From Candidatus Uhrbacteria bacterium (GTDB taxonomy: Bacteria; Patescibacteriota; Patescibacteriia; UBA9934; GWF2-40-263): DNA of 62,867 bases. The stretch spans positions 1 to 62,867 of the forward strand of contig JAERTI010000041.1 of NCBI GenBank assembly GCA_016844925.1. Direction: 5' to 3'. The translations under genes and the position numbers were made by a program. The notes beneath the pieces were generated by a model. It searched no databases. It had not been told where the DNA came from and saw only the letters and a list, made by a program, of their open reading frames with translations. Below are positions 9,587 through 19,892 of the stretch, in pieces; the stretch's first letter is position 1; each line of letters opens with the position of its first letter.

Positions 9587-11605
9587 CTAAAGATGTAGTC
9601 CGTATAAGAAATAGATGCGACGCTCGCTGAGATCCGCCTGAAGCAGAACGGATACTTTTTCGAGCAATGCAGGATAGGTATCAAGAGCCTCTGTGGCCGC
9701 CTGGCGAATAACCTCTTCGTCTTGGAGGAAGACGGCGCCAACCACGTAGTTGTAATAGCTCACTGGGAGCTCTGGAGCAAACGTTCGTACTTGCTCAAGA
9801 AGCTCGAGAGCCTCTGTTGTCTTTCCTATCTCCAAGTAGAGAGACGCAAGTGCCCAATAAGGTTCTGGGTGCACAGGGTTGCGAGCCACCGCTTCAACCA
9901 TGACCTGTTCAGCAACCTGGTAATACTGTGGGTCAAAGTGACGGCCGCGTGCCTGTTCCAAAATAGCGATCGCCAGCGGTGCTCGCAAGTAGTTTGGCGA
10001 TGTGTCCATGGTAGCAAAAAGGGCCTCAACCTGCTGATCAACTTCACTCATCACCTGACTCTCCATGCCCGAGAGCACCTCAATCGATGTAGACCAAAGC
10101 ATGCGCCCAGTCTCATTTGCCGCATAAACACGGCGTAAATCCTCCCCCTGAGGAGATCCGTGCATGGCGCGCGGAAGATTCTCCAGGCGCTCGTCAAAAC
10201 TCATGCCGTAGCTAGAGGCGATCAGAGCGGCGTTGGCGCGCACAGGCTGAATGACAAGGGTGGTAAGGGTGATGGGCAAAAGCAAGGAAGCGAGCACGGC
10301 CGATGGGAGCACCCATGCTGATCGCTTGGCCGTCGGGGTTGTATCCACCGAAGACGTGAGCGACGAGATCCAGGCAAGGGTGAGCACCCAGAACATCATC
10401 GTTGTTGCCACATCTAGCACCGTGAGATTCTGGACAGCGTACGCTGCCAACAGCCCCACCCCCAAGGCTGCCATCTCTCGCATGGATCGCTTTGTTACTC
10501 GCCTGAGCAACGCACGTATGGCGACAAAGAACACGGCCAGGTAACTGAAGAGTCCGAGGAATCCAGCCTCGACCCCGACGTCAAGCAACTTGTTGTGTGC
10601 GCGGTCGTACCACATCTCATGACCACATCGCTGCGAACCGAGGCAGGGATTGTAGTACTCCAAACTGACATACTGAAAATTCTCAAGCCCCCAACCAAGG
10701 AGAGGACGATCCTTCATCGCCTCCCAGGCCATGTCCCACACAATAAATCGAGAAGAGGTTGAGAGGCCTGTGAACGTCTGTTGGAGAGCTGAGCCGGGAG
10801 TGAATGCCAGGGCGACCGTGAGAAAAAAGATAAGGGCGAGTGTAATCGTGAGTGCTTGGCCAGCGCGAGATACTTCGTCTCGAGATGATCCCCACAGCCA
10901 GATCCCCAGCGCAAGAATCGCTCCACCAGCCAGAGAGATCGTCGCAGCGTTTGCCCCCAAGGTGAGCAAGATACCGATCAACACAAGCGCCGCCACCCCC
11001 CCATAAATACGCCGGCGTTTCGTGCTCCCCACTCTCCAGAGCCACGCAGCGAAAAAGATTTGGAAAAGAAGATACGCCCCATAAAAGGACGTGTTCCCGA
11101 GTGTTGAACCCCCAGAGGTACCGACCATGTGCGCAATGCCAAGTACGTCCAACAGGTGAATCGCCGCGCTCACAAGAGCCACAGCAACCGAGACCGTAAG
11201 CAAACGCTGCCAATCTTCCTTCGTGACAAACACCGTACGGGCGACCAAGTACAGCGCTAATACATGCAACCACATGAATCCACCAGTAATACGATCGACG
11301 CTCGCCCAAAAACTAAACGACGGATCTACGCCAAATAGTGAGGCAAGCATGAGTATCGCAACAAATACCGTCAGGGCCACCGATGTCGCATCCCAGCGCC
11401 ACCTGCGCTCAGGCCGCTTCACCAAGAGCCAAAGTGCCCCCACAGCAATAACCTCAACCAGGGCGAAGATGACGTATCCCTTTGTTGAACTGTGCGGAAA
11501 CAGAAGACGCGGCGAAAATACGAGAGGAGTACACATCAGGAGGTAAACTCCCCAACGAACCAAACGCTCGAGCCAGTCAGATTGGGCAAATGATGGGCGT
11601 TTCAT
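9587..11605 (-). CDS. O-antigen ligase/O-OTase-like TPR protein, paralog 4
   Basis: GSTLGNTSFYGAYL, RPLLGWGLENF, DRAHNK, TPR-like tail. Confidence 0.85.
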   Translation of the reverse strand: MKRPSFAQSDWLERLVRWGVYLLMCTPLVFSPRLLFPHSSTKGYVIFALVEVIAVGALWLLVKRPERRWRWDATSVALTVFVAILMLASLFGVDPSFSFWASVDRITGGFMWLHVLALYLVARTVFVTKEDWQRLLTVSVAVALVSAAIHLLDVLGIAHMVGTSGGSTLGNTSFYGAYLLFQIFFAAWLWRVGSTKRRRIYGGVAALVLIGILLTLGANAATISLAGGAILALGIWLWGSSRDEVSRAGQALTITLALIFFLTVALAFTPGSALQQTFTGLSTSSRFIVWDMAWEAMKDRPLLGWGLENFQYVSLEYYNPCLGSQRCGHEMWYDRAHNKLLDVGVEAGFLGLFSYLAVFFVAIRALLRRVTKRSMREMAALGVGLLAAYAVQNLTVLDVATTMMFWVLTLAWISSLTSSVDTTPTAKRSAWVLPSAVLASLLLPITLTTLVIQPVRANAALIASSYGMSFDERLENLPRAMHGSPQGEDLRRVYAANETGRMLWSTSIEVLSGMESQVMSEVDQQVEALFATMDTSPNYLRAPLAIAILEQARGRHFDPQYYQVAEQVMVEAVARNPVHPEPYWALASLYLEIGKTTEALELLEQVRTFAPELPVSYYNYVVGAVFLQDEEVIRQAATEALDTYPALLEKVSVLLQADLSERRIYFLYGLHL

Positions 11606-11666
11606 AGAGTAGGCTCGTGCTGGATAATATCCCCAGAATATGTGCTATTGTAGGGGACAAACCCGT

Positions 11667-13760
11667 ATGTCGCAACGAAAGAACGGACATCTCAGACGCG
11701 TCCTGGAGTGGGGCCTGACCCTCACCCTCTTGCTCCCGCTAGCCGTCGTAGCGAACCCGTTTTCAGATACCTCCTACACCACGTTCTTCACCCAAGGCAT
11801 GCTCTTTCAGCTCCTGGTGGAAGGCCTCGTAATCGCCTGGCTCTTTGCCATGGCAAAAGACAACGCACTGCGCCCACCATGGCGCCACCCCATCGTGCTA
11901 ACAGCCACGATGTTTTTGTTTGCGACCGCATTCACCCAACTCTTCAGTATCTGGCCCGAAAGGTCATTTTGGTCCACGCAGGACCGCATGACGGGCGTCT
12001 TTCATAATCTACACGTGTGGGCCTATCTGCTTGTTCTCGTTTCGACGGTCGACACGCAGGCCATGTGGGAGCGTCTCGTTCGCTGGTCTGTGAGCGTCTC
12101 GGGAATCGTCAGTGCCTTGGCCATGATCCAATGGCTTGCGCTTGATGGGGGCCGCATCACTTCAACCCTCTCGAATCCAAACAATCTTGCACTCTACGCC
12201 CTACTCCACATCTTCCTCGCGCTCTGGCTGCATGCACGTACAAAGAAGCGTTGGCCCCTTGCCATTGGTGCACTACATATCCTGACGATCTTCATCGCAG
12301 GCTCTCAGGGGGGACTCGTTGCGCTCTCCGTTGGTGGAATAACTTGGGCTGCACATCGATGGATACAAAAACCTCTAACAAAAACGGTGGCGATTACCCT
12401 CTTGGGGGCAGCTCTCCTCGGGGCGCTACTCACATTTGCAAACGCAGGCATACTCGCACAGCACCTTAACCAAGAAACCCGTGGCACGCTCGTCCACAGC
12501 GTGACAGAGCGCCTTGAGCTCTGGAACATCGGCTGGCAGGCATTCACGCAGCACCCCGTCGTCGGCTGGGGCTACGAAACCTTTACTGTGCCATTTGATC
12601 AACTCCGTGATGCTCGCGTGCAAACCAACATGACCGAACGCTGGGCCGACCGCGCCCACAACCAGTGGCTCGACGCGCTGGTAAGCACGGGCCTCATCGG
12701 CTTCACGGCCTTGATCGCCCTGTGGGGAGCCGCTCTCTGGTCCAGCCGAGAGGACCGAGCGCTCTTCTGCGCCCTTGTCGCGATCCCAATCTTCCAATCC
12801 GTCCAGTTTGATACCCTCTATTCAACGATCTTCCTGACATTCATCTTTGGACTCATTGCATACCAGTCTCGACACACCTCCACAAAGAACACCGACGCCC
12901 ACGGCACAACCTTGCTATGGCTCCCCGTTGTAGCGAGTGTGATTCTGCTCCCCATCGCCTCATACGCCAACATCAACTCTCTCACCCTCAATATGCAGAA
13001 AACTGCTGCGGTGCAGGCGCTCAACACAGACCTGGTCGTAGCACTAGAAAAAACAGCGGCAACGCTAGCAAACCCTTCTCCCTATCGCTACAACATGCGC
13101 CGACAAATCGCCGCGGAAGTCTTTGAGCACCCGTCAGGAATCCTGAAAATGAACACTGATGAATCACACGCTCTCATCGCCCTCCTTGCCGATCAAATTC
13201 ATGATGAAAACCAGAAAGACCCAGCTGAACTCCGCCTCCTGCTCGCCAGCTTTTGGCTCCACAGCAGTCTGGCTACGTCCGATGCAGACGCGGCCGAGAG
13301 AGCACGGCAGAGCGTCTTGCTGATGCAAGATATTGCCCCCACACGCCCAGAGACGTATGCTTCTTTGGCCATCCAACATGTGGTAGATGGGAACATCATG
13401 GAGGCCATCGACGCCTACGAGATGGCAACTGCACTGGCGTTTGATCAATCATCAGAAACGTCTTATCGCATTGAACAAGCAAATCTCTATGCCGGGCTCG
13501 GAGCGTGGGAAAACATGCTCACAAGCCTCGAGGGCATCGATACCATCGCTACGACACAGCTAGCACGAATCGTCCTCTCGGCAGCAAGTGCTGTTTCACA
13601 AGACAACCCTCCCCCAGACCTCTTCCTTTCCTACGTGGTCATGACGGCAAACAACAGTGCAGACAATCACTCTGTGCTGGAAGCAGCCATCACCATCCTG
13701 GAAACCGGAGGTCGGATGGAAGATGCAAACATGATTCGAAATTATCTTGAGGGGCGCTAA
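11667..13760 (+). CDS. O-antigen ligase/O-OTase-like protein, divergent paralog 5
   Basis: STLSNPNNLALY, HPVVGWGYETF, DRAHNQWLD, helical-repeat C-terminus. Start taken at ATG 11667, downstream of TGCTATTGT. Confidence 0.8.
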   Translation: MSQRKNGHLRRVLEWGLTLTLLLPLAVVANPFSDTSYTTFFTQGMLFQLLVEGLVIAWLFAMAKDNALRPPWRHPIVLTATMFLFATAFTQLFSIWPERSFWSTQDRMTGVFHNLHVWAYLLVLVSTVDTQAMWERLVRWSVSVSGIVSALAMIQWLALDGGRITSTLSNPNNLALYALLHIFLALWLHARTKKRWPLAIGALHILTIFIAGSQGGLVALSVGGITWAAHRWIQKPLTKTVAITLLGAALLGALLTFANAGILAQHLNQETRGTLVHSVTERLELWNIGWQAFTQHPVVGWGYETFTVPFDQLRDARVQTNMTERWADRAHNQWLDALVSTGLIGFTALIALWGAALWSSREDRALFCALVAIPIFQSVQFDTLYSTIFLTFIFGLIAYQSRHTSTKNTDAHGTTLLWLPVVASVILLPIASYANINSLTLNMQKTAAVQALNTDLVVALEKTAATLANPSPYRYNMRRQIAAEVFEHPSGILKMNTDESHALIALLADQIHDENQKDPAELRLLLASFWLHSSLATSDADAAERARQSVLLMQDIAPTRPETYASLAIQHVVDGNIMEAIDAYEMATALAFDQSSETSYRIEQANLYAGLGAWENMLTSLEGIDTIATTQLARIVLSAASAVSQDNPPPDLFLSYVVMTANNSADNHSVLEAAITILETGGRMEDANMIRNYLEGR

Positions 13761-13772
13761 CCCTCCTTCTCT

Positions 13773-14738
13773 ATGAAAAAAACGATTCTTATCACTGGCG
13801 GCGCTGGATTCATTGGTGCGCACTTAGCCAAGCGACTCGGACAAGACGGTCACGAGCTTATCCTCGTTGATAACTTTAACGACTACTACGATCCAGGACT
13901 CAAAGAGGCGCGCATCAGCGAGCTGCTCAAGGACACACCACACACCCTCTACCGCGCGGACCTGAGCGACCTGCCCGCCATGGAAGCCATTTTCAAAGCG
14001 CACCAGATCGACCACATCGCCCACCAAGGAGCGCAAGCCGGCGTACGCTACTCACTTGAGAATCCCTTCACCTATGGCGAGTCGAACCTCATGGGCACGC
14101 TCTACCTCCTCGAGCTCGCGCATCGCCACGGGGTCAAGGGCATCACACTCGCCTCTAGCTCCTCCGTCTACGGCGACGCCAAGGTCATCCCTATCAAAGA
14201 ATCCGACTGCGAAGACAAGCCCATTTCCCTCTACGCCGCCACCAAGCGCGCCACCGAGCACATGGCGCACGCCTACCACCACCTCTACGGCATGCCCATT
14301 ACCTGCCTGCGCTACTTCACCGTCTACGGCCCTTGGGGGCGCCCAGACATGGCCTACTTCAAGTTCCTTGATCTTGCCTACGCCGGCAAAGGCATTGATG
14401 TCTACGGCCAAGGCAAGATGGCACGCGACTTCACCTACATCGATGACATTGTCGAGGGCATTGCGCTCTCCATCGAAAAAAACCACCCATGGGCGGTTCT
14501 TAATCTCGGTCGTGGCCACGCTGAGCAGCTCATGGACATGATCTCTCTCATCGAGGGCTACACCGGCATCACCTTTGAAAAAACATTCCTCGACATGCAA
14601 CCCGGCGACGTTCGTGAGACTTGGGCGGATACGAGCCAGGCGAAAGAACTGCTTGGCTGGGAGCCGAGTGTTCCGCTCGAAGAAGGACTCAAACGTTTTG
14701 TCGCATGGTATAAGGAATACTATCGAAAGGACGCATAA
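13773..14738 (+). CDS. NAD-dependent nucleotide-sugar epimerase (UDP-glucuronate 4-epimerase-like)
   Basis: TGGAGFIG, QAGVRYSLENP, ASSSSVYG, YAATK, RYFTVYGPWGRPDMA, RDFTYIDD, QPGDV. Confidence 0.9.
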   Translation: MKKTILITGGAGFIGAHLAKRLGQDGHELILVDNFNDYYDPGLKEARISELLKDTPHTLYRADLSDLPAMEAIFKAHQIDHIAHQGAQAGVRYSLENPFTYGESNLMGTLYLLELAHRHGVKGITLASSSSVYGDAKVIPIKESDCEDKPISLYAATKRATEHMAHAYHHLYGMPITCLRYFTVYGPWGRPDMAYFKFLDLAYAGKGIDVYGQGKMARDFTYIDDIVEGIALSIEKNHPWAVLNLGRGHAEQLMDMISLIEGYTGITFEKTFLDMQPGDVRETWADTSQAKELLGWEPSVPLEEGLKRFVAWYKEYYRKDA

Positions 14739-15823
14739 AGCCCCTCGAACGTCTCGATCATCTTCTTAAAGGTAAACTTCTCTAAAATCTGCTGACTCGC
14801 GCGCTGAAGTAACACAGACTGCTCCTGATCTGACAGAGAGAGCGCCCGGTCAATCGAATCAGCAAGACTCTCCACAGAACCAGGCTCCGCAAGGAAGCCT
14901 GTTTTTGTATCCTCGAGGAGTTCAGGTACGCCTCCCACAGCCGTCGCAACACACACAGTCCCCTGCGCCATGGCTTCCATCAGAACGTTCGGCATACCTT
15001 CGCGCAATGACGGGAGCACGAGTAGATCGAGCGAGCCGGTGTAGTTACGGGCCTCGTCGACATGGCCGAGGAGATGCACGCGACCACTCAGGCCAAGTGT
15101 GTTGATCTGTTTTTGAATCGCCGTGCGCTCGGGACCATCCCCTATGAGCACCGTGACCACATCTCGATCAAGTCGAGAGAGTGCTGGCAATAAAACGTAC
15201 AGACCTTTTTGTTTCGAGAGCGTTCCAACAAACCCGACGATGGTTGCAGACTCTGGTACGTCGACAAGGTTCCGTATGTCGTCTCGACGTGGGGCTGGCT
15301 CTACGCCGTTGTAAATCACGTCGATCTTGTCAGGCGAAACGCCATGACGTTGAACGAGCTTGTCCTTACCTGCCCGTGTGTTGCTGACAATCTTGTTGCA
15401 GAGCAACTCCGTAAGACGGTCGAGCCAGAATCGAACGGCTGGCTCATGTCGAGCGTTGCGTTGCCCACAAATAATCACAGGCACACGTGCCAGACGACCG
15501 AAGATACGAGCGGCGATATTGTCGAAGTACAAAAAGCTCTGAAGCACATCCGGACACTCTCGCCTAAGCAGGCCATAGAGCCGAAGAAGCTTCCAACCCT
15601 GCCACTTCGATCCAATGCCCAGCGTCCGTGTCCGTATTCCAAGCTCGGAAAGCTTGTCTAAAAGCGGCCCCTCAGATGGGTCTTTGAGTGTACAAACCGT
15701 CACGTCATATCGATCAGTGTCTAGACGGCTCGCCAGCTCAAAAAGCATCTTCTCTGCTCCAGCCATACGAGCAGAGGTCGTGAGAAAAAATAGGCGAGTC
15801 TTTTTTGTTATACTGGCTTGCAT
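14720..15823 (-). CDS. Glycosyltransferase family 4
   Basis: AGAEK N-terminal motif, DLLVLPSLREGMPNVLMEAMA. Start revised to ATG 15823 (MQASIT); the upstream track extension is antisense to asnB. Confidence 0.88.
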   Translation of the reverse strand: MQASITKKTRLFFLTTSARMAGAEKMLFELASRLDTDRYDVTVCTLKDPSEGPLLDKLSELGIRTRTLGIGSKWQGWKLLRLYGLLRRECPDVLQSFLYFDNIAARIFGRLARVPVIICGQRNARHEPAVRFWLDRLTELLCNKIVSNTRAGKDKLVQRHGVSPDKIDVIYNGVEPAPRRDDIRNLVDVPESATIVGFVGTLSKQKGLYVLLPALSRLDRDVVTVLIGDGPERTAIQKQINTLGLSGRVHLLGHVDEARNYTGSLDLLVLPSLREGMPNVLMEAMAQGTVCVATAVGGVPELLEDTKTGFLAEPGSVESLADSIDRALSLSDQEQSVLLQRASQQILEKFTFKKMIETFEGLYASFR

Positions 15824-17683
15824 ATGTGCGGTATTGCCGGAAAACTTGCTTTTCATCCTACTGAGTGGCCCGAGGAAACTCAACTCCAGGCCATGAGTGA
15901 GGCTATTATACACCGCGGCCCAGATAGTGCCGGTGTATTTATCGATGGCCCCTGTGGACTCGCCCATCGCCGCCTTGCGATCATTGATTTGTCTGAGCGC
16001 GGGCACCAACCCATGTCCATCATGGACGGCCGCTACACCATCTCGTTTAACGGAGAAATCTACAATTACCAAGAACTTCGAGACGAACTGACAGACCAGG
16101 GCATCACCTTCAACTCTGACACGGACACGGAAGTTCTCCTCCATCTATTTGCCCAAGAAGGTGCCAACTGCCTCCAGCGCCTGCGAGGCATGTTCGCCTT
16201 TGCTATTTGGGACAAGAAAAAGCAGGAGCTGTTTCTTGCGCGCGACCGTGTAGGACAAAAGCCTCTCAAGTACTTCATCGACGATAAGCGTATCGTCTTC
16301 GCTTCAGAACTTAAGGCTCTCCTGCAGGCAGGCGCACCAAAAATAATCGACTGGGACGCTGTGCGCGACTATCTCAAGTTGGGATACGTACCAGCCCCCA
16401 TGACCGGCTTCAAGGATATCGCCAAACTTCCACCGGCACACTACGCCATCGTGAGTGCAGACGGCACCATGGTAACGGAACGCTACTGGGAGTTGGATTA
16501 CGAAACGAAATCTACACAGTCGACTCGTGCGTGGCGAAAGCAAGTCACCGAGACGCTGAAAGAGTCTGTCCGCCTACGCATGATCTCCGACGTTCCCGTC
16601 GGCGCTCACCTCTCAGGCGGCATCGACTCAGGAGTCGTCACGGCCCTTATGGCTCACCAAAGTTCTGAACCGGTTCGCACCTTCTCCATCGGCTTTGAAG
16701 GAGACACTGACAGCGAGCTCCCGCGTGCGAGGCAAATCGCCGACCGTTACGGCACACAGCATCATGAATTCGTTGTCAGTCCATCGAACACAAACATCCT
16801 CGCCCAGGTTGCCGCACACTACGAGGAACCTTTCGCTGACTCCAGCGCCCTGCCGACCTGGCTCCTGAGCGAACTCACCCGAGAACATGTCACTGTCGCC
16901 CTCAATGGCGATGGCGGAGACGAGAACTTTGCCGGCTACAACCGTTACCACCTCATGGGGGTCTACGAGTCGCTCCGCAAGATCGATCCGATCGTGAGGC
17001 TCCTGCGCAAACCTGGCGTCGACCTCGGACAAGCACTCTACCGAATGTCACGAGTCGGGTCGTTCAGAAAGATCCAAAAACTCTTGAAGTGGTACTCGCA
17101 GCACCCTCATGAGACCTACCAGCTCCAGTTTGGGTACTTCGACGAGGCATCAGTCGAACAACTCTTAGAGGCCTCAACCTCTTCATCACCGCTCGAGAAC
17201 CTCTTTAACCAAACACAGTCTCTCCAGAGCATCGACCAACTTTTGGCTGTAGACATTGCCTCCTATCTCCCCGACGACCTTCTCGTTAAAGTCGATATAG
17301 CCTCCATGGCCCACGCCCTTGAGGTGCGCTCGCCGTTTCTCGACCACAAACTCCTTGAGCTCACCGCTTCGATGCCGACGAAACTCAAACGTCGAGGAAG
17401 AGGTGGAAAGATCTTGCTCAAACACATCGCAAAAGACCTCCTCCCGAAAAACATCATCAAACAAAAAAAGCGAGGCTTTGGCATCCCGCGTGAACAATGG
17501 TTACGAGGGTCTCTGCAGACCTATGTAGAAGAACAACTGCTTGATGAAACATTTCTCCGTCATGGATTCGATCGATCCAACATCGAACGTCTCATCGAAG
17601 AACACACAACAGGACGAACCGACCACTCTCTACGACTCTGGGCACTCATCATGCTCAAACACTGGATCACCGCCTGGTTCTAA
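15824..17683 (+). CDS. asnB: Asparagine synthase (glutamine-hydrolysing)-family amidotransferase, probably glycan-modifying
   Basis: MCGIAG N-terminal Cys, HRGPD, RLAIIDLS, FNGEIYN, RDRVGQKPL, LSGGIDS, GDGGDE, EVRSPFLD. Confidence 0.93.
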   Translation: MCGIAGKLAFHPTEWPEETQLQAMSEAIIHRGPDSAGVFIDGPCGLAHRRLAIIDLSERGHQPMSIMDGRYTISFNGEIYNYQELRDELTDQGITFNSDTDTEVLLHLFAQEGANCLQRLRGMFAFAIWDKKKQELFLARDRVGQKPLKYFIDDKRIVFASELKALLQAGAPKIIDWDAVRDYLKLGYVPAPMTGFKDIAKLPPAHYAIVSADGTMVTERYWELDYETKSTQSTRAWRKQVTETLKESVRLRMISDVPVGAHLSGGIDSGVVTALMAHQSSEPVRTFSIGFEGDTDSELPRARQIADRYGTQHHEFVVSPSNTNILAQVAAHYEEPFADSSALPTWLLSELTREHVTVALNGDGGDENFAGYNRYHLMGVYESLRKIDPIVRLLRKPGVDLGQALYRMSRVGSFRKIQKLLKWYSQHPHETYQLQFGYFDEASVEQLLEASTSSSPLENLFNQTQSLQSIDQLLAVDIASYLPDDLLVKVDIASMAHALEVRSPFLDHKLLELTASMPTKLKRRGRGGKILLKHIAKDLLPKNIIKQKKRGFGIPREQWLRGSLQTYVEEQLLDETFLRHGFDRSNIERLIEEHTTGRTDHSLRLWALIMLKHWITAWF

Positions 17684-17700
17684 ACGAACACATCAATTCC

Positions 17701-18618
17701 TTACAAACCGCGCGCTCTATGCGCGCGTTTTAGTTGCGTGAGTGTGCGGTAGACGCGCGTGCCTAGAAGAGAAAGGACGAGATACACATAGGTGAGCCCA
17801 TTGAAAGGATCGTAGCGCAAGGATCGCAGGAAGGCTGAACGAGCGCGTGCACCTGCACCAGCAAGCATGTAACGTGTCCCATCAAATCGCAACTTGCGAC
17901 TGTAAATTTTTGGGCGAGCCAGATAGAGCTCCTGATGTTTACGTTCAATGTACTGCAAATCCAAATCCCGACGATCAACGTCCATTTTAGAAATGTTTCC
18001 ACCATGCTGGTGGTAACGGACCAACGGTGACCCATCCACAAATGCAAACGGATGCGTCTGAGCCAAACGAATACGCATATCCCAATCTTGCCCACTGCGT
18101 AACACCTCATCAAATCCTCCCACCTCATCAAACACCTCTTTACGATACATCGTACTAGAACCCGGCCCCATGTAATCCGACTGCAGTATACGACTCAACA
18201 CATCAAGCATCTGCACCAGACGCGTCTTCTTTTCCATGCCGTTCGTCTCGACAATCAACGTGTTGCACCCAACAAATCCTAAATCTGGTCCTGCCGCGAA
18301 CAAGGCAAGCTGCTTCTCGAGCTTCGTCGGCATCCACTCATCATCACTATCGAGTACAGCAATAAACTCGCCACGCGCATGTGCCAACCCCACGTTCTTT
18401 GGCTTCGCTGCTCCACCAGAATTCTCTTCCAATTGAAATGTCCGAATGCGCGCGTCACGCGCAGACCACATATCCAACAGCTGTGCCGTGTTATCATCCG
18501 ACGCGTCATCAATAATCAATATTTCAAAGTCCTGCTCAGTTTGATCAAGCACGCTGGAGAGTGTTCGATTCAAAAACTGAGCACTGTTGTATGACGGGAT
18601 GATGACAGAGACTTTCAT
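17701..18618 (-). CDS. Glycosyltransferase family 2
   Basis: MKVSVIIPSYN, IIDDASDD, LDSDD (DxD), DWDMRIRLA. Confidence 0.92.
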   Translation of the reverse strand: MKVSVIIPSYNSAQFLNRTLSSVLDQTEQDFEILIIDDASDDNTAQLLDMWSARDARIRTFQLEENSGGAAKPKNVGLAHARGEFIAVLDSDDEWMPTKLEKQLALFAAGPDLGFVGCNTLIVETNGMEKKTRLVQMLDVLSRILQSDYMGPGSSTMYRKEVFDEVGGFDEVLRSGQDWDMRIRLAQTHPFAFVDGSPLVRYHQHGGNISKMDVDRRDLDLQYIERKHQELYLARPKIYSRKLRFDGTRYMLAGAGARARSAFLRSLRYDPFNGLTYVYLVLSLLGTRVYRTLTQLKRAHRARGL

Positions 18619-18638
18619 GCTACAATACTAGCGAAATT

Positions 18639-19892
18639 ATGACGTTTTCTTCAATAAAACGAGGAGTCTACCGTTTCCTGAAGTGGTCTGAAAAGTATAC
18701 ACGAACGGACATGATCTATCTGGCAAGAGGGAGCTTTTGGATGTCTGCCAAACGCGTTGTGTACGTGGCCACAGCTTTTGTTGTCGCCATCACCTTCGCG
18801 AACTTCTTCCCTCAAGAAGCCTACGGTGAATACAAATATCTTCTCTCCATGGCAGGACTCCTGGCCATTGTCACCATGCGTGGACTCAATACGTCCTACC
18901 TCAGAACCGTCTCAAGGGGGTATGAGGGGATGTTCTGGCCTGTACTGCGCTCGCGTTTAAAATGGGGACTCTTGGCAAGCGTAGCTTCCGCTGCCGTTGC
19001 ACTATACTACTTCTACCAAGGAGATATCACCATGGCCACGGGATTCTTTCTCTCGGCACTATTTGTTCCGCCACTCAATGCCTTCACCGTATTCATCCCG
19101 CTGCTGAACGGACGAAAACATTTCCAGCTTTCCGCGCAATACGAAACCATCGTCCAGATAGTCGCAGCCACATCCATCATCGTCACGGTGCTCGCCACCG
19201 ATACCGTTGGCTGGGTGCTCCTCAGCTACTTTGTTTCGTATACCCTCATGCGCATCATCGTGACACATATCGTCACACAACGACATGCGCCCAACAACAA
19301 CACCGAAGACGACACCATCTCCTACGGAAGGCATCTCACCGCTATGGTCGCCATAGGGGACGTGGCCTCACGCATTGATTCTATTTTGACCTGGCATTTT
19401 TTAGGAGCCGTTCCACTTGCGATCTACTCCTTTGCCAACATGCCAACAAAACACCTGCGCTCCCTTGTCTCCAGCACAGGTCTTCTTGCCCTTATCAAAC
19501 TCTCTGAAAAAGATAAGGACAAAATAAAAAAGACCCTCCCCAGGAAGATCGGCATCTTTTTTCTTGGCATCGTGCCCATTGTCATCGCCTACATTCTTGC
19601 GGCACCCCTTCTTTTTCAAATCGCCTTTCCACAATACATCGAGGCGGTTCCCTACACCCAGGTCCTCTCACTGTCCCTGCTCTTCTATCCAAAGATTCTC
19701 TTTGGCTCTGCGCTCACTGCCCACGCAGAAAAAAAGTCGCTCTACATCATGAACATCACTACTCCCCTGGTGAACATCACTCTGCTACTCATCCTCCTTC
19801 CACTCTACGGAATTTGGGGACTTGTGGGTGCAACGCTCGGAACACAAGTCTTTAAAACAGGACTGCTCACCTGGCTCTTTATCCGAATGTAA
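18639..19892 (+). CDS. Wzx-like oligosaccharide flippase
   Basis: About 12 TM segments, MOP-family pattern (YGEYKY, G-x-YS-x-A, YGIWGLVGAT). Confidence 0.82.
   Translation: MTFSSIKRGVYRFLKWSEKYTRTDMIYLARGSFWMSAKRVVYVATAFVVAITFANFFPQEAYGEYKYLLSMAGLLAIVTMRGLNTSYLRTVSRGYEGMFWPVLRSRLKWGLLASVASAAVALYYFYQGDITMATGFFLSALFVPPLNAFTVFIPLLNGRKHFQLSAQYETIVQIVAATSIIVTVLATDTVGWVLLSYFVSYTLMRIIVTHIVTQRHAPNNNTEDDTISYGRHLTAMVAIGDVASRIDSILTWHFLGAVPLAIYSFANMPTKHLRSLVSSTGLLALIKLSEKDKDKIKKTLPRKIGIFFLGIVPIVIAYILAAPLLFQIAFPQYIEAVPYTQVLSLSLLFYPKILFGSALTAHAEKKSLYIMNITTPLVNITLLLILLPLYGIWGLVGATLGTQVFKTGLLTWLFIRM

Noticed and set aside
9586-9741. Long N-terminal extension of paralog 3 in the ORF track
   Set aside because: Overlaps paralog 4 in another frame and has no counterpart in the other paralogs.
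15824-16144. N-terminal extension of the GT4 ORF
   Set aside because: Antisense to the conserved asnB N-terminus.
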